Assembly (NCBI GenBank): GCA_902587125.1
Contig: CACIJW010000003.1
Location: 28,378 to 92,377, forward strand
Source: an uncultured Bacteroidota bacterium
GTDB lineage: Bacteria > Bacteroidota > Bacteroidia > Flavobacteriales > BACL11
Length of the DNA stretch: 64,000 bases
Direction: 5' to 3'
Under the pieces are notes generated by a model. That model ran no database searches. It was not told the DNA's origin and saw only the letters and a list, made by a program, of their open reading frames with translations. Both the position numbers and the translations under genes were made by a program. Shown here piece after piece: positions 1 to 12,015 of this stretch (positions are counted from its first letter, which is position 1; each line of letters starts with the position of its first letter).

Positions 1-895
1 TCTGTGATGTTATTTCGCATAAGCCCGTCTTTAGATTTTTTACAGGATGATTTATTCCTCTATGTCCGTTATGCATTTTAAAAGTTGATATTCCCTCAGA
101 CAATGCTAAAATTTGGTGACCCAGACAAATACCAAAAACTGGTTTTTTTGAACAAGTTATTCTTTTTACTAGATTAATAACATCTGTCATTGCTGATGGA
201 TCTCCAGGGCCATTTGAAATCAAAAAACCATCTGGAGAAAAACTCATAATCTCTTCATAGCTAGATTTCATTGGAAATACTTTGCAAAAAGAGTTTCTAT
301 CAGTCAAGCAATTTAAAATGCTTTTTTTAAGTCCTAAATCTAAAACAGCAATTTTGTATTTGGCTGATTCATTACCATACGTATAGCTTTCGCATGTTGT
401 TACTTTTGAGGAGAGTTCCAAACCATTCATACTAGGAACATCAGACAAAAATCTGGATAAATCATCTAAAGTGTGTTCTGAGTTGCTAATAATTGCATTC
501 ATTGCTCCTTTACTCCTTATGTGTCTAACAACAGCTCTAGTGTCAACATCAGTTATTACAATCTTATTTTGAGAAATAAAATAGTTATTTAACTCATCGA
601 ATCCTGCTTTTCTTGAAAAACCAAAATTGAAGTTTTTACATATTAAGCCTGAAATTTTCATATTTTCAGATTCTGATTCATTTTTATGTACACCATAATT
701 ACCAATATGAGCATTTGTAGTAATCATTAGCTGTCCAAAATAAGAAGGATCTGTAAAAACCTCTTGATAGCCAGACATGCCAGTGTTAAAACATAATTCT
801 CCAGTAGAAAAACCTGAAATTCCAGCAGATTTACCTTCAAACACTGTACCATCTTCTAAAAGTAATAAGCTATTTTTTCTATTTATATTAACCAT
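1..895 (-). CDS. carA: carbamoyl-phosphate synthase small (glutamine amidotransferase) subunit; 3' end runs off the window
   Basis: Absent from the ORF track because it is open at the window edge. Manual reverse translation from ATG 895..893 gives MVNINRKNSLLLLEDGTVFEGKSAGISGFSTGELCFNTGMSGYQEVFTDPSYFGQLMITTNAHIGNYG. Near nt 1-140 it gives PVFGICLGHQILALSEGISTFKMHNGHRGINHPV. These match the CarA N-domain and the class-I amidotransferase Cys/His motifs. Confidence 0.9.
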   Translation of the reverse strand, partial: MVNINRKNSLLLLEDGTVFEGKSAGISGFSTGELCFNTGMSGYQEVFTDPSYFGQLMITTNAHIGNYGVHKNESESENMKISGLICKNFNFGFSRKAGFDELNNYFISQNKIVITDVDTRAVVRHIRSKGAMNAIISNSEHTLDDLSRFLSDVPSMNGLELSSKVTTCESYTYGNESAKYKIAVLDLGLKKSILNCLTDRNSFCKVFPMKSSYEEIMSFSPDGFLISNGPGDPSAMTDVINLVKRITCSKKPVFGICLGHQILALSEGISTFKMHNGHRGINHPVKNLKTGLCEITSQ

Positions 896-907
896 AATTA
901 AAATTAA

Positions 908-942
908 AAAAAAAGGAAAAAACAAACATTTTTTCCTTTTTT
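908..942 (-). terminator. possible weak AU-rich hairpin + U-run after rplQ
   Basis: Inverted repeat aaaaaaaggaaaaaa / ttttttcctttttt around the loop caaaca. On the minus-strand RNA the stem is followed by a U-run. The stem holds only two G:C pairs, and the element lies 13 nt upstream of the carA start. Confidence 0.3.
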
Positions 943-963
943 AATTTCTTATTTTTTTAAACA

Positions 964-1602
964 TTATTTTTCATCTGGCTTTTGGTCTGAATCATTTTTT
1001 TTTTCTGTATTCAAAACCCCTATATCTTTTTCATCACTATTTGAATCGGCAACAGATTTAGCTTGCTGTGACAAATCACTGGCTTCTGCATCTCTAGAAA
1101 CATCTAAATTAGCTACAGATGAAGCTTTCTTTTCAGAAGTTTTAGGTAAAGATTCATTGTTAGGAGATTCTGCTAATGATTTTGTTTTTGATCTAGATCT
1201 TCTTCTTTTTGATTTTTTATCAACTATGTCTTTAATATAAACTTCGTTGTAGTCAACTAACTCTATAAAACACATTTTCGAGTTATCTCCAATTCTATTA
1301 GCTAGCCTAATAATTCTAGTATATCCGCCTGGTCTATCAGTAATTTTAGTTGCAATATCCCCAAAAAGTTCTGTAACAACATCCTTTTGTTTTAAATAGC
1401 TAAAAACAACTCGTCTAGAATGAGTAGTGTCATTTTTAGACTTGGTAATTAACGGCTCAAGGTAAACTCTTAAAGCTTTTGCTTTTGCTAAGGTAGTTTT
1501 TATTCTTTTATGCTTGATTAAAGAACAAGCCATGTTGGAAAGCATTGCTTTTCTGTGTGGAGCTTTTCTTGACAGGTGGTTATTTTTTTTTGCGTGTCTC
1601 AT
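964..1602 (-). CDS. rplQ: 50S ribosomal protein L17 with long acidic/Ser-rich C-terminal tail
   Basis: The first ~120 aa ([45 protein letters not shown]...GGYTRIIRL) form the L17 core. The gene follows rpoA directly. About 90 further residues are K/S/D/E-rich. Confidence 0.95.
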   Translation of the reverse strand: MRHAKKNNHLSRKAPHRKAMLSNMACSLIKHKRIKTTLAKAKALRVYLEPLITKSKNDTTHSRRVVFSYLKQKDVVTELFGDIATKITDRPGGYTRIIRLANRIGDNSKMCFIELVDYNEVYIKDIVDKKSKRRRSRSKTKSLAESPNNESLPKTSEKKASSVANLDVSRDAEASDLSQQAKSVADSNSDEKDIGVLNTEKKNDSDQKPDEK

Positions 1603-2586
1603 TTATTCATTTTCTAAATTATACTTTGATACATCAAAACCAAATGTCAGACCCTTTTCCTCAATTAAATCTTCAAGTTCTGATAGAGATTTCTTACCAA
1701 AGTTTCTGAATTTTAACATATCGGACTTTTTGTATGAAACAAGTTCTCCCAATGTATAGACTTCTGCAGTTTTTAAACAATTTAATGCTCTAACGGATAA
1801 TCCAAAGTCAGTTAGTTCAGTTTTTAATAATTGTCTCATGTGAAGTGTGTCTTCATCAAAATCATCAGAAATTTCATTTTCTAAATTGATTTTTTCGTCA
1901 GAAAATAGTAAAAAGTGTTGTATTAAAATTTTAGATGCGTCAGTGAGAGCTTGTTTAGGATCAATTGAACCATCGGTTTCTATGGTGATATTAAGCTTTT
2001 CATAATCTGTTTTTTGCCCAACTCTATAATTATCAATATTATATTTGACATTTCTGATTGGAGTAAAAATTGAATCAAGTGAAATAGTTCCAATGCTTGC
2101 TTCTTGGTTTTCATTTTCTTCTGCAGAAACATAACCTCTTCCTTTTTCAATAAGTATTTCAATTTCAAAATTTACAGATGAATCCATCTCACAAATTAAA
2201 ACTTCTGGGTTAAGAACTTGAAAACTTGATAATGAATTAGCGATATCTTTTGCAGTAAATGATTTTTGATTTTTTAGTACAATTGTAGCACTTTCCTCTT
2301 CAACATCATTAATCTGTTGTTTAAATCTAACTTGCTTTAGATTAAGAATAATTTCTGTAACATCTTGAACTACGCCTTTGATTGAAGAAAATTCATGATC
2401 AACACCTTTTATTTTTACTGAAGTTATTGCAAAACCTTCTAATGAAGATAATAAAACTCTTCTTAATGCATTGCCTATTGTTAAACCGAATCCAGGTTCT
2501 AAAGGTCTAAATTCAAAATCACCAGTATGATTTTGATTGTTTATCATTACAACTTCTTCAGGTTTTTGAAAATTTAAAATCGACAT
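1603..2586 (-). CDS. rpoA: DNA-directed RNA polymerase alpha subunit
   Basis: 327 aa. Contains [25 protein letters not shown] and the C-terminal domain [10 protein letters not shown]. Lies between rpsD and rplQ. Confidence 0.97.
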   Translation of the reverse strand: MSILNFQKPEEVVMINNQNHTGDFEFRPLEPGFGLTIGNALRRVLLSSLEGFAITSVKIKGVDHEFSSIKGVVQDVTEIILNLKQVRFKQQINDVEEESATIVLKNQKSFTAKDIANSLSSFQVLNPEVLICEMDSSVNFEIEILIEKGRGYVSAEENENQEASIGTISLDSIFTPIRNVKYNIDNYRVGQKTDYEKLNITIETDGSIDPKQALTDASKILIQHFLLFSDEKINLENEISDDFDEDTLHMRQLLKTELTDFGLSVRALNCLKTAEVYTLGELVSYKKSDMLKFRNFGKKSLSELEDLIEEKGLTFGFDVSKYNLENE

Positions 2587-2604
2587 ATTTTTTTTTTTTA
2601 ATTA

Positions 2605-3210
2605 TTATTTTGAGTAAAGTTCAACAATTAGTTGTTCTTTAATATTTTCTGGAATCTGAACTCTATCAGGTAAGGAATTTACTTTTCCAGAAATACTATC
2701 AATGTTTAACTCTAACCAATCAACTTTACAACTATTATTTTTTAATGAATCAGTGATGACTTCTAAGGACTTTGATCTCTGTCTTACTGAAACAACATCA
2801 CCAATTGCCAATGAATAAGATGGGATATTACATACTGCTCCATTCAATAAAATATGCTTATGACTAACTAATTGTCTAGCGGCTCTTCTTGTTGGTGCAA
2901 ATCCCAATCTATAAACGGTATTATCTAATCTCAACTCACAGAGTTGTAATAGAATTTCTCCAGTTATACCTTTTCTTCTTAAAGCCTCCTTAAATAAATT
3001 AGAAAATTGTTTCTCTAAAATACCATAAAGGTATTTAGCTTTTTGCTTTTCTTGAAGTTGAATTCCATATTCGGATTGCTTTGCTCTTCTTTTGAAATTT
3101 CCATGCTGTCCAGGTGGGTACGATTTTTTAGCCAGAGCCTTATCGTTACCAAAGATTGGCTCACCAAATTTTCTGGAAATTCTAGATTTTGCTCCTGTAT
3201 ATCTTGCCAT
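2605..3210 (-). CDS. rpsD: 30S ribosomal protein S4
   Basis: 201 aa starting [20 protein letters not shown], with an S4 RNA-binding domain. Gene order is S13-S11-S4-RpoA. Confidence 0.97.
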   Translation of the reverse strand: MARYTGAKSRISRKFGEPIFGNDKALAKKSYPPGQHGNFKRRAKQSEYGIQLQEKQKAKYLYGILEKQFSNLFKEALRRKGITGEILLQLCELRLDNTVYRLGFAPTRRAARQLVSHKHILLNGAVCNIPSYSLAIGDVVSVRQRSKSLEVITDSLKNNSCKVDWLELNIDSISGKVNSLPDRVQIPENIKEQLIVELYSK

Positions 3211-3224
3211 ATATTATTTTTTTA

Positions 3225-3605
3225 TTAAACTCTTCTTTTATTTGGTGGTCTGCAACCATTGTGTGGAAGCGGTGTAACATCAACTATTTCTGAAACTAAT
3301 AGTCCAGTGTTATGAATTGATCTTATAGCAGATTCTCTACCTGCACCAGGACCTTTTACAAAAACTTTTACTCTCTTTAATCCGAGGTCAATAGCAACTT
3401 TAGCGCAATCTTCAGCTGCAACTTGTGCAGCATATGGAGTATTCTTTTTAGAGCCTTTGAACCCCATTTTTCCTGCTGATGACCAGGAAATAACTTGGCC
3501 TTTATTGTTTGTTATCGAGATTATTATATTGTTGAAAGAAGCCTGAATATGTGCTTTGCCTTCAGGTTCTATCTTTACTTTATTTTTTTTGGTTGATTTA
3601 GCCAT
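3225..3605 (-). CDS. rpsK: 30S ribosomal protein S11
   Basis: 126 aa. Contains [15 protein letters not shown] and [11 protein letters not shown]. Confidence 0.97.
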   Translation of the reverse strand: MAKSTKKNKVKIEPEGKAHIQASFNNIIISITNNKGQVISWSSAGKMGFKGSKKNTPYAAQVAAEDCAKVAIDLGLKRVKVFVKGPGAGRESAIRSIHNTGLLVSEIVDVTPLPHNGCRPPNKRRV

Positions 3606-3606
3606 A

Positions 3607-3975
3607 CTATTTCTTTTTGTTTGCTATTGTTTTCTTTTTACCTTTTCTCGTTCTTGAGTTATTTTTAGTTCTTTGACCTCTTAAGGGTAACCCTGTCCTG
3701 TGTCTAATTCCTCTATTACAACCAATATCCATTAATCTTTTGATATTTGTTTGAGTTTCAGCTCTCAATTCTCCCTCAACAGTGTATTCATCATTAATCA
3801 GTCCCCTAATTTTATTGGCCTCTTCATCTGACCAATCTTTAATTTTTTTATGTTCAGAAACATTAGCTTTTTTTAATATATTTCTAGCAAAAGTGCTGCC
3901 TATACCGTAAATATACGTAAGACCAATTATTCCTCTTTTTTCTTTTGGTAAGTCTATTCCTTTAATTCTAGCCAT
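3607..3975 (-). CDS. rpsM: 30S ribosomal protein S13
   Basis: 122 aa starting [26 protein letters not shown], with a basic C-terminus. Confidence 0.97.
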   Translation of the reverse strand: MARIKGIDLPKEKRGIIGLTYIYGIGSTFARNILKKANVSEHKKIKDWSDEEANKIRGLINDEYTVEGELRAETQTNIKRLMDIGCNRGIRHRTGLPLRGQRTKNNSRTRKGKKKTIANKKK

Positions 3976-4091
3976 TATCCTTGTCTTTGTTTAAATCTTG
4001 GGTTTTTTTTATTAATAACATATAATCTACCTTTTCTTTTGACAATTTTGCAATCATCGCTTCTTTTTTTTACTGATGTTCTAACTTTCAT
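3975..4091 (-). CDS. rpmJ: 50S ribosomal protein L36
   Basis: Below the ORF-track size cutoff. Manual translation from ATG 4091..4089 gives [38 protein letters not shown] (38 aa). The TAA stop shares one base with the rpsM ATG. It occupies the canonical infA-rpmJ-rpsM slot. Confidence 0.92.
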   Translation of the reverse strand: MKVRTSVKKRSDDCKIVKRKGRLYVINKKNPRFKQRQG

Positions 4092-4102
4092 TTTTCTTTT
4101 AT

Positions 4103-4318
4103 TTAGTATCTGTAAGTTATTCTAGCTTTAGTCAGGTCATATGGTGACATTTCTAACTTTATTTTATCACCTGGTAAAAGCCTAATATAAAATTTTCTCA
4201 TTTTTCCCGAAATGTGTGCAGTTACAATATGCCCATTTTCAAGTTCAACTCTAAACATAGCATTTGATAAAGCTTGTTTAATAACTCCGTCTAGTTCTAT
4301 GTTAGCTTGTTTAGCCAT
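4103..4318 (-). CDS. infA: translation initiation factor IF-1
   Basis: 71 aa. Contains [51 protein letters not shown]. Confidence 0.97.
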   Translation of the reverse strand: MAKQANIELDGVIKQALSNAMFRVELENGHIVTAHISGKMRKFYIRLLPGDKIKLEMSPYDLTKARITYRY

Positions 4319-5084
4319 TTAGTTGACTTTCAATATTTTTAAAACTTGTTAATAATTCAGCTTTATTTTTTCCCACAATAACAGTATGTTCAAAGTGAGC
4401 TGAAAATTTATTATCAGCAGTAGTAATTGTCCATCCATCAGAATGTTGATAAATACTTTTTGTACCTAAGTTAACCATAGGTTCAACAGCTAAAACCATA
4501 CCTTCCTTTAGAACTTCTCCTCTACCTTTTTCACCATAATTGGGAACTTCAGGACTTTCATGCAAATTTTTTCCAATTCCATGTCCAACTAATTCTCTAA
4601 CAACACTCATTCCATTTGATTCAACATAACTTTGTATGGCGTGACCGATATCACCAATAAAATTTCCATCAGTGCAATATTCAATTCCTTTGTATAATGA
4701 CTCCTTCGTCACATCAAGCAAGTTTTGAGCATCTTCGCTAATTTCTCCTATTGGATAAGTATAAGCAGAATCACCATAAAATCCGTTCATAAAAACTCCA
4801 CAATCTATGGAAATTATATCACCATCTTTTGTTTTAGTATGATTTGGAATTCCATGTACTACTTGTTCATTTGGTGATATACATAATGTATTTGGAAAAC
4901 CATTATAGCCTTTAAAAGCAGGAATACCTCCGTTGTCCCTAATAAACTCCTCAGCTATTTTGTCTAAGCTGAGTAAGGTTATGCCTGATTTGATAACACT
5001 TGCTATTTGAGCATGTGTTTTAGCTACTAAGTTGGAACTTGCTCTCATTAATTCTATATCTTCCTCTGTTTTTATTTTAATCAT
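4311..5084 (-). CDS. map: type I methionine aminopeptidase
   Basis: 257 aa. Metal-ligand contexts [27 protein letters not shown] and VLAVEPMV. Lies between secY and infA. Confidence 0.95.
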   Translation of the reverse strand: MIKIKTEEDIELMRASSNLVAKTHAQIASVIKSGITLLSLDKIAEEFIRDNGGIPAFKGYNGFPNTLCISPNEQVVHGIPNHTKTKDGDIISIDCGVFMNGFYGDSAYTYPIGEISEDAQNLLDVTKESLYKGIEYCTDGNFIGDIGHAIQSYVESNGMSVVRELVGHGIGKNLHESPEVPNYGEKGRGEVLKEGMVLAVEPMVNLGTKSIYQHSDGWTITTADNKFSAHFEHTVIVGKNKAELLTSFKNIESQLNG

Positions 5085-5085
5085 A

Positions 5086-6423
5086 TTACATATATCTTCC
5101 TGCAGATTTTCCTTTAATTCTTCCTGAATCCATCAATCCGTCGTAGTGTCTCATTAGTAAATGGCTTTCAATTTGTTGTAAAGTATCCAATACAACTCCT
5201 ACAAGAATTAACAAAGAGGTTCCACCATAAAATTGAGCGAATTGTATGTTTACTCCTGCTTTCATCGCAAATGCAGGCAAAATTGCAACTATTCCTAAAA
5301 ATATTGATCCTGGTAAAGTTATTCTAGACATTATGTTATCCAAATATTCTGCTGTAGATCTTCCAGGCTTAACTCCTGGAATAAATCCACCATTTTTTTT
5401 CATATCATCAGCCATTTGGTTAGGATTTACTGTAATTGCTGTATAAAAATATGTAAAGCCAACAATCATTATAAAGAATATTAAATTATACCAAAAGCCA
5501 GAAAAATCAGTAAGAGTTGCTGCTAATCCCTGTAAAGCTTCTGATTCAGAAAAGCCGACAATTGTAATTGGCACAAACATTATGGCTTGAGCAAAAATTA
5601 TAGGCATTACTCCAGCAGCATTAACTCTTAAAGGAATGAATTGTCTAACACCACCATACTGTCTATTACCCACAACTCTTTTAGCATATTGCACAGGAAT
5701 TCTTCTAGTACCTTGGACGAGCAGAATTGTAACTGTTATTACAATTAATAAAATTAACATCTCAACTATAAACACTACGAGGCCTCCACCAGTACTACTA
5801 AGAGAAGAAACAAATTCTTGAGTTAGGGATTGTGGGAAACTTGCAATTATACCAATCATAATTAATAGTGATATTCCATTTCCAATTCCTCTGTCTGTAA
5901 TTTTTTCTCCTAACCACATCACGAACATTGTACCAGTTACAAGAATTACGATAGAAGACAACCAAAAGGTCCCTGGACTTAATAAAAAGGCAGTCTCAGG
6001 AAGAGTTGCCTTGAGGTTTGCAATATATCCAGGCGCCTGACCTCCAGTGATAAATATTGTCAAATATCTAGTTATGTTGTTTATTTTTCTTCTACCACTT
6101 TCTCCTTCTCTTTGTAACTTTTGGAAATAAGGGATAGCCATACCTAAAAGTTGAATAACAATGGAAGCTGAGATATATGGCATTATTCCAAGAGCAAAAA
6201 TTGAGGCTTGAGCAAATGCTCCACCAGTAAATAAATTAAGAAGCCCTAGTAAACCATCTGATGCTTGATCTTGCAGTGCAGATAATTGAGCAGAATCAAC
6301 ACCTGGGATTACAACAAAAGATCCAAATCTGTATATCGCAATAAATCCTATTGTTAGCAGAATTCTATTTCTGAGATCCTGAATATTCCAAATATTTTTT
6401 ACTGTTTGAATAATTTTATTCAT
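5086..6423 (-). CDS. secY: preprotein translocase subunit SecY
   Basis: 445-aa multi-pass membrane protein containing [15 protein letters not shown]. Located after rplO in the spc operon. Confidence 0.97.
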   Translation of the reverse strand: MNKIIQTVKNIWNIQDLRNRILLTIGFIAIYRFGSFVVIPGVDSAQLSALQDQASDGLLGLLNLFTGGAFAQASIFALGIMPYISASIVIQLLGMAIPYFQKLQREGESGRRKINNITRYLTIFITGGQAPGYIANLKATLPETAFLLSPGTFWLSSIVILVTGTMFVMWLGEKITDRGIGNGISLLIMIGIIASFPQSLTQEFVSSLSSTGGGLVVFIVEMLILLIVITVTILLVQGTRRIPVQYAKRVVGNRQYGGVRQFIPLRVNAAGVMPIIFAQAIMFVPITIVGFSESEALQGLAATLTDFSGFWYNLIFFIMIVGFTYFYTAITVNPNQMADDMKKNGGFIPGVKPGRSTAEYLDNIMSRITLPGSIFLGIVAILPAFAMKAGVNIQFAQFYGGTSLLILVGVVLDTLQQIESHLLMRHYDGLMDSGRIKGKSAGRYM

Positions 6424-6875
6424 TCTATAATAATTATTTTTCCACCATTTTTCTCGATTGATTCTTTTGCACTGTTGGAAAATGCGTGAGCTGAAATCTC
6501 TAACTTTGAACTTAACTCTCCTCTGCCTAAAATTTTCACTAAATCTTTCTTTTGGACTAAACCATTTTCTATCATCAGCTGTATATCAACTTTTCCTTTT
6601 TTAATTTTTTTATTGTTAACTAAGCTTTGCAATGTATCAATATTTACAGGCTTAAATTCTTTTCTATTAATATTGTTGAACCCAAATTTTGGAACTCTTC
6701 TTTGAAGAGGTTGCTGGCCACCTTCAAAACCACTTTTTTTAGAATATCCTGACCTAGATTTTGCTCCCTTATGCCCTCTTGTTGAGGTACCTCCTTTTTT
6801 AGAACCTTCTCCTCTTCCAATTCTTTTGGAGCTCTTTATTGAACCATTTGCAGGCTTTAAATTGTGTAATTCCAT
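6420..6875 (-). CDS. rplO: 50S ribosomal protein L15
   Basis: 151 aa starting [37 protein letters not shown]. Confidence 0.97.
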   Translation of the reverse strand: MELHNLKPANGSIKSSKRIGRGEGSKKGGTSTRGHKGAKSRSGYSKKSGFEGGQQPLQRRVPKFGFNNINRKEFKPVNIDTLQSLVNNKKIKKGKVDIQLMIENGLVQKKDLVKILGRGELSSKLEISAHAFSNSAKESIEKNGGKIIIIE

Positions 6876-6876
6876 A

Positions 6877-7053
6877 CTAATCTAAAATTTTTATTAGGTG
6901 ATTAACTTTATTTACCATTCCTAAAATTTGAGGGGTAGCATTGTGTTCAACTACCTTATTAATTTTGTTTAAACCAAGAGCATCAAGTGTTCTTTTTTGA
7001 TCTTTCGGTCTGCCTATTCTACTTCTAATTTGCTTAATTTTTATTTTTTCCAT
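6877..7053 (-). CDS. rpmD: 50S ribosomal protein L30
   Basis: Below the ORF-track cutoff. Manual translation from ATG 7053..7051 gives [58 protein letters not shown] (58 aa). It occupies the slot between rpsE and rplO. Confidence 0.92.
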   Translation of the reverse strand: MEKIKIKQIRSRIGRPKDQKRTLDALGLNKINKVVEHNATPQILGMVNKVNHLIKILD

Positions 7054-7057
7054 TTTG

Positions 7058-7582
7058 TTATCCGTTAAAAACCTTTTCCATTTTTATTCCTCTATTACTT
7101 GAAACTGTCAAAGGATCTCTAAGCTGAAGTAAAGCTAACATAGTTGCCTTTACCAAATTATGTGGATTTGATGATCCTTTAGATTTTGCCAAGACATCTT
7201 TTACACCAGCACTTTCTAGCACTGATCTCATTGCTCCACCGGCTTTAACACCCGTTCCATTAGAAGCTGGTTTAATTAATACTCTTGCTCCTCCAAATTT
7301 TGCAAATTGCTCATGAGGTAAAGTACCTTTATAGATCGGAATTTTAACTAAATTCTTTTTAGCTGAATCAATAGCTTTTGCTATTGCGGTAGAAACATCT
7401 TTAGACTTACCAAGTCCAATTCCTACGATGCTATTTTCATCGCCTACTACAACAATAGCTGAAAATCCAAAAGCTCTTCCACCTTTGGTTACTTTAACTA
7501 CCCTTTGAACTCCTACAAGTTTATCCTTTAACTCAATGTCAGCAGGTATTTTTACTCTTCTTTTTTGTAATAAATCTTTCAT
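7058..7582 (-). CDS. rpsE: 30S ribosomal protein S5
   Basis: 174 aa. Contains [24 protein letters not shown]. Confidence 0.97.
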   Translation of the reverse strand: MKDLLQKRRVKIPADIELKDKLVGVQRVVKVTKGGRAFGFSAIVVVGDENSIVGIGLGKSKDVSTAIAKAIDSAKKNLVKIPIYKGTLPHEQFAKFGGARVLIKPASNGTGVKAGGAMRSVLESAGVKDVLAKSKGSSNPHNLVKATMLALLQLRDPLTVSSNRGIKMEKVFNG

Positions 7583-7584
7583 AT

Positions 7585-7938
7585 TTAAAATTTTAAACCT
7601 TTCTCTCTAGCAGATTCAGCAAATGCTTTTATTCTCCCATGATAAATAAATCCTCCTCTATCAAAAACAACTGTTTTTATACCTTTTTTAATTGCTTTTT
7701 CAGCAATTTCAGCACCAATACTTTTGGATATTTCAGTTTTTGTTAATTTCTCTTTTTTTAAGTTTAAAGATGTACTTGAAAATAAAGTATGACCTTTGTC
7801 ATCATTAATTATTTGTGCATATATCTCATTGTTACTCCTAAAAACTGCAAGCCTAGGAACGGATTCTGTCCCAAATATCTTAGACCTAATTCTTTTTCTA
7901 ATTTTTAGTCTTTTATCTTTTTTAGAATTTAATTTCAT
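7585..7938 (-). CDS. rplR: 50S ribosomal protein L18
   Basis: 117 aa. Contains [20 protein letters not shown] and [26 protein letters not shown]. Confidence 0.97.
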   Translation of the reverse strand: MKLNSKKDKRLKIRKRIRSKIFGTESVPRLAVFRSNNEIYAQIINDDKGHTLFSSTSLNLKKEKLTKTEISKSIGAEIAEKAIKKGIKTVVFDRGGFIYHGRIKAFAESAREKGLKF

Positions 7939-7950
7939 AATATCATATTT

Positions 7951-8502
7951 TTATGCAGCTGCTGTTTTTCCTGCTTTCTTTCTAACATATTCACCTACAT
8001 ATCTTATTCCTTTACCTTTGTAGGGTTCAGGCTTTCTAAAAGACCTAATCTTCGCAGCAACGTGCCCAAGTAATTGTTTGTTTATTGAGGTAAGAGTAAT
8101 TATAGGTGCTTTACCTTTTTCAGTTTCAGTTGTTAACTTAACAGAGTCAGGTACTTCAAAAACAATGTTATGAGAAAAACCAACGGAAATATCCAATAAC
8201 TGTCCCTGATTTGATGCTCTATATCCCACACCAACTAATTCTAGTTTTTTTGTGAATCCTTCTGAAACACCTTTGACCATATTGAAAATCAGTGCTCTTG
8301 TTAGACCATGCATAGATTTTATCTCATTACTATCGCCTTTACGTGTTAATTTAATTTCTTGTTCACTAATATCAATATTTATATTGCTATCTATGTTCAG
8401 TAAAAGTTCACCAAGTTTACCTTTTGCAGTAAATAGACCACTATTGAAATCTATTGTAACTCCTTCAGGTATTTTTATAATACTATTTCCTATTCTAGAC
8501 AT
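7951..8502 (-). CDS. rplF: 50S ribosomal protein L6
   Basis: 183 aa starting MSRIGNSIIKIPEGVTI, with LVGVGYRA and PEPYKGKGIRY. Confidence 0.97.
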   Translation of the reverse strand: MSRIGNSIIKIPEGVTIDFNSGLFTAKGKLGELLLNIDSNINIDISEQEIKLTRKGDSNEIKSMHGLTRALIFNMVKGVSEGFTKKLELVGVGYRASNQGQLLDISVGFSHNIVFEVPDSVKLTTETEKGKAPIITLTSINKQLLGHVAAKIRSFRKPEPYKGKGIRYVGEYVRKKAGKTAAA

Positions 8503-8505
8503 AAT

Positions 8506-8904
8506 TTAATATACATGACAGAGGACTTCTCCTCCAATTTTTAACTCTCTTGCTTTCTTATCCGTGATAACTCCTTTAGATGTTGACAGAATAGCGATTC
8601 CAAGTCCATTAATTACTCTAGGTACACTTTCATTATTAACATATTTTCTTAAACCCGGCTTGCTAACTCTAGTTAGTTTCTTAATAGCTGGAATCTTAAA
8701 TTTGTCATATTTGAGAGCAATTTTAATAACTCCTTGGTAGTTAGTGTTGTCATCAAATCTGTAGTTGGCTATATATCCCTGATCAAAAAGTATCTCAGTA
8801 ATTTTTTTCTTGAGATTTGACGATGGAATATCAACTACTTTATGACCTGCCATCTGGGCATTTCTAATTCTTGTCAAAAAATCTGCTATTGGATCTGTTA
8901 TCAT
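8506..8904 (-). CDS. rpsH: 30S ribosomal protein S8
   Basis: 132 aa starting MITDPIADFLTRIRNA, ending GGEVLCHVY. Confidence 0.97.
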   Translation of the reverse strand: MITDPIADFLTRIRNAQMAGHKVVDIPSSNLKKKITEILFDQGYIANYRFDDNTNYQGVIKIALKYDKFKIPAIKKLTRVSKPGLRKYVNNESVPRVINGLGIAILSTSKGVITDKKARELKIGGEVLCHVY

Positions 8905-8915
8905 ATTTTTATCTT

Positions 8916-9185
8916 TTACCAGCTGGCTTTTTTTACGCCAGGTATTAAACCAAAATTTGCCATTTCTCTAAATTTTACTCTAGAAATTCCAAATTGTCTC
9001 ATATATCCCTTTGGTCTACCAGTTATTTTACATCTGTTATGTTTTCTAACTGGTGACGCGTTTCTTGGAAGCTTTTGTAATCCAACGTAATCTCCAGCTG
9101 CTTTCAAAGCTGCTCTTTTTTCAGCATATCTTTCGACACACTTTTCTCTTTTTACTTCTCGAGCTTTCATTGATTCTTTTGCCAT
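8916..9185 (-). CDS. rpsN: 30S ribosomal protein S14 (long, non-zinc form)
   Basis: 89 aa. Contains [24 protein letters not shown] and ends in W. Confidence 0.96.
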   Translation of the reverse strand: MAKESMKAREVKREKCVERYAEKRAALKAAGDYVGLQKLPRNASPVRKHNRCKITGRPKGYMRQFGISRVKFREMANFGLIPGVKKASW

Positions 9186-9189
9186 AATT

Positions 9190-9738
9190 CTAATTTTTAA
9201 TTTTAAATGGTAGACCTAATTCTGTTAATAGTTTTCTTGCATCTTCATCTGATGTAGCATTGGTTACAAACGTTATGTCCATTCCAGTAATGTTATTTAC
9301 CCTATCTATGCTTATTTCAGGAAAAGCAATTTGTTCCTTAATACCTAAAGTATAATTACCTCTACCGTCAAATCCCTTTGGAGATATTCCTTTAAAATCT
9401 CTAACTCTTGGTAGTGCTGCAGTAATTAGCCTGTCTAGAAATTCATACATTCTGTCTCCTCTTAGAGTTACTTTGACACCAACTGGCATACCTTTTCTTA
9501 GCTTAAAATTAGAAATATCCTTTCTAGATTTTGTTATCATTGCCTTCTGACCAGAAATTAATGTAATTTCTTTTTGAGCAAAATCAATTAGCTTTTTATC
9601 AGAACTTCCTTTTCCAACTCCTTGATTAATTATAATTTTAACCAACTTGGGTACTTGCATTACTGATTTGTAGTTTTCTTTTAAATTAGAAACTATTTCT
9701 TCATTATATTTTTTCTTTAGTCTGGGTGTATAGTCCAT
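9190..9738 (-). CDS. rplE: 50S ribosomal protein L5
   Basis: 182 aa. Contains [20 protein letters not shown]. Confidence 0.97.
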   Translation of the reverse strand: MDYTPRLKKKYNEEIVSNLKENYKSVMQVPKLVKIIINQGVGKGSSDKKLIDFAQKEITLISGQKAMITKSRKDISNFKLRKGMPVGVKVTLRGDRMYEFLDRLITAALPRVRDFKGISPKGFDGRGNYTLGIKEQIAFPEISIDRVNNITGMDITFVTNATSDEDARKLLTELGLPFKIKN

Positions 9739-10061
9739 TAGCTTATGAATTCTCCTGTTTTTTTATTATACCTATCGAACTTTTTCGATTTTTCATTCAT
9801 TTTTTTTCCAACTTTGCAAGGATTACCAGATTTTGGATCTATTAAAGCAACATTTGAATAATGAATTGGAAGTTCTTTTTGAATTATACCTCCATCAGGA
9901 TTGGCAGCATTTGGTTTAGTATGCTTAGAAACAACATTAACACCTTCAACTATAATTCTTGAAAGTTTTGGTAAAACCTTTACTACTTTTCCTCTTTTAC
10001 CTTTACTAGAACCAGTTAAAACTAGAACAGTATCATTTTTTTTAATATTAAGTTTTTTCAT
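9738..10061 (-). CDS. rplX: 50S ribosomal protein L24
   Basis: 107 aa. Has the KOW motif [21 protein letters not shown]. Confidence 0.96.
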   Translation of the reverse strand: MKKLNIKKNDTVLVLTGSSKGKRGKVVKVLPKLSRIIVEGVNVVSKHTKPNAANPDGGIIQKELPIHYSNVALIDPKSGNPCKVGKKMNEKSKKFDRYNKKTGEFIS

Positions 10062-10063
10062 AT

Positions 10064-10432
10064 TTACAGTACTTCAGGTGCTAGTGAAACCAACTTCATA
10101 AAATCATTATCTCTTAACTCACGTGCAACAGGTCCAAAAACTCTAGTTCCCTTCATTTGTTTATTCTCATCAATGATCACGCACGCATTATCATCGAATC
10201 TAATGTATGATCCATCCTTCCTTCTTCTTTCTTTTTTAGTTCTGACTATAACGGCTTTTACTACTTGACCTTTTTTTACATTTCCAGAGGATGTGGCAAC
10301 TTTTACAGTTCCGACGATCTGATCACCAAGTGAGGCATATCTTTTTCTGGTACCGCCTAAAACTCTAATACAGAGTATTTCTCTTGCTCCGCTGTTGTCC
10401 GCTACTTTTAATCTTGATTCTTGCTGTATCAT
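10064..10432 (-). CDS. rplN: 50S ribosomal protein L14
   Basis: 122 aa starting [27 protein letters not shown]. Confidence 0.98.
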   Translation of the reverse strand: MIQQESRLKVADNSGAREILCIRVLGGTRKRYASLGDQIVGTVKVATSSGNVKKGQVVKAVIVRTKKERRRKDGSYIRFDDNACVIIDENKQMKGTRVFGPVARELRDNDFMKLVSLAPEVL

Positions 10433-10689
10433 TATTTTGCTCTTTCAATTATTTCAACTAACCTCCAGTTTTTTCTTTTACTTAAGGGTCTTGTTTCCAT
10501 TATTTTTACCTTATCTCCTTCGTTACAATCATTATTCTTGTCGTGAGCAATAAACTTGGAAGTCGTTTTCACAAACTTCCCGTAAAGTGGATGTTTAACT
10601 CTTCTTTGTATAGAAACGACAATAGATTTATCCATCTTATTACTGGTTACAAGCCCAATTCTTTCTTTTCTTAAATTTCTTTCTGTCAT
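10432..10689 (-). CDS. rpsQ: 30S ribosomal protein S17
   Basis: 85 aa. Contains [27 protein letters not shown]. Confidence 0.97.
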   Translation of the reverse strand: MTERNLRKERIGLVTSNKMDKSIVVSIQRRVKHPLYGKFVKTTSKFIAHDKNNDCNEGDKVKIMETRPLSKRKNWRLVEIIERAK

Positions 10690-10692
10690 AAA

Positions 10693-10896
10693 TTAATTTT
10701 CTTTATTACTTTTTTCTCTAGAACCCAACTCTGTTAATATTCTTGCTATATTTCTACGAATAAATTTAATTTGTTGAGGATTCTCTAATGGAGAAACACT
10801 GTGACTTAGTTTCAAACTAACAAGTTTATCCTTTTCACTAATTAGTAAATCATTTAGTTCGTTTATTGGCATTTCTTTTAACACTTTCGCTTTCAT
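10693..10896 (-). CDS. rpmC: 50S ribosomal protein L29
   Basis: 67 aa. Position between rplP and rpsQ, with a helical L29-like sequence LNDLLISEKDKLVSLKL. Confidence 0.93.
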   Translation of the reverse strand: MKAKVLKEMPINELNDLLISEKDKLVSLKLSHSVSPLENPQQIKFIRRNIARILTELGSREKSNKEN

Positions 10897-10897
10897 A

Positions 10898-11317
10898 TTA
10901 CTTTATAAATTCTCTACTTACTATAAATTTTGTTTTGATTGGAAGCTTTTGAGCAGCTAGCCTTAGAGCTTCCCTTGCTGTTTCATAGTCAACCCCTTCA
11001 CATTCAAACAAAACTCTTCCTGGCTTAACTGTTGAAGCCCAATACTCTGGAGATCCTTTTCCTTTTCCCATTCTGACCTCAGCAGGCTTTTTTGTAATTG
11101 GCTTGTCAGGAAAGATTCTAATCCAAACTTGTCCTTGTCTTTTCATATATCTTGTTACAGCTATTCGAGCAGCTTCGATTTGTCTAGCTGTTATCCAACA
11201 CTCATCCAAAGCTTTAATTCCAAAAGATCCAAATGCAAGAGTTGTCCCTCTACCGGCATTGCCTTTCATTTTGCCTTTTTGCATTTTTCTATATTTTGTC
11301 TTTTTTGGCTGTAACAT
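10898..11317 (-). CDS. rplP: 50S ribosomal protein L16
   Basis: 139 aa starting [19 protein letters not shown], with [12 protein letters not shown]. Confidence 0.98.
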   Translation of the reverse strand: MLQPKKTKYRKMQKGKMKGNAGRGTTLAFGSFGIKALDECWITARQIEAARIAVTRYMKRQGQVWIRIFPDKPITKKPAEVRMGKGKGSPEYWASTVKPGRVLFECEGVDYETAREALRLAAQKLPIKTKFIVSREFIK

Positions 11318-11319
11318 AA

Positions 11320-12012
11320 TTACTTTCTTCTGTTAAACTTTGATTCTTTTTTATTAGGAGTTTTAAAATGTAACATCAAATCCCTTTTTCCATATACTTC
11401 ACCTCTACAAATCCAAACTTTTACACCAATTTTTCCATAAGTGGTACTAGCTTCTGAAATTGAATAATCAATATCTGCTCTAAACGTATGAAGAGGTGTT
11501 CTTCCGTCTTTATACATTTCTGATCTAGCCATTTCAGCTCCATTTAATCTACCTGAAATTAAAACTTTGATGCCTTCAGCTCCCATTCTCATAGTTGAAG
11601 CGATAGCCATTTTGATTGCTCTTTTGTAAGAGACTCTACCCTCTATTTGTCTAGAAATATTTTCTGCAACTAATGTTGCTTCAAGCTCAGGTCTTTTAAT
11701 TTCAAAAATATTGATTTGAATATCTTTTTTTGTGATCTTTTTTATTTCTTCTTTTAAAGTTTCAACTTCCTGCCCACCTTTACCTATAATAATACCAGGT
11801 CTTGCAGTATGAATGGTGATTGTTATTAACTTCAAAGTTCTTTCAATTGCAATTTTTGAAACACTGGCTTTTGCCAATCTAACTTTTAGATAATCTCTGA
11901 TCTTATTATCCTCAGCTAATTTGTCACCAAAATCTTTACCTCCATACCAGTTGGATTCCCATCCTCTGATAAAGCCTAATCTATTTCCAATTGGATTTGT
12001 TTTCTGTCCCAT
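11320..12012 (-). CDS. rpsC: 30S ribosomal protein S3
   Basis: 230 aa starting [13 protein letters not shown], with a KH domain and [10 protein letters not shown]. Confidence 0.98.
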   Translation of the reverse strand: MGQKTNPIGNRLGFIRGWESNWYGGKDFGDKLAEDNKIRDYLKVRLAKASVSKIAIERTLKLITITIHTARPGIIIGKGGQEVETLKEEIKKITKKDIQINIFEIKRPELEATLVAENISRQIEGRVSYKRAIKMAIASTMRMGAEGIKVLISGRLNGAEMARSEMYKDGRTPLHTFRADIDYSISEASTTYGKIGVKVWICRGEVYGKRDLMLHFKTPNKKESKFNRRK

Positions 12013-12015
12013 TAT

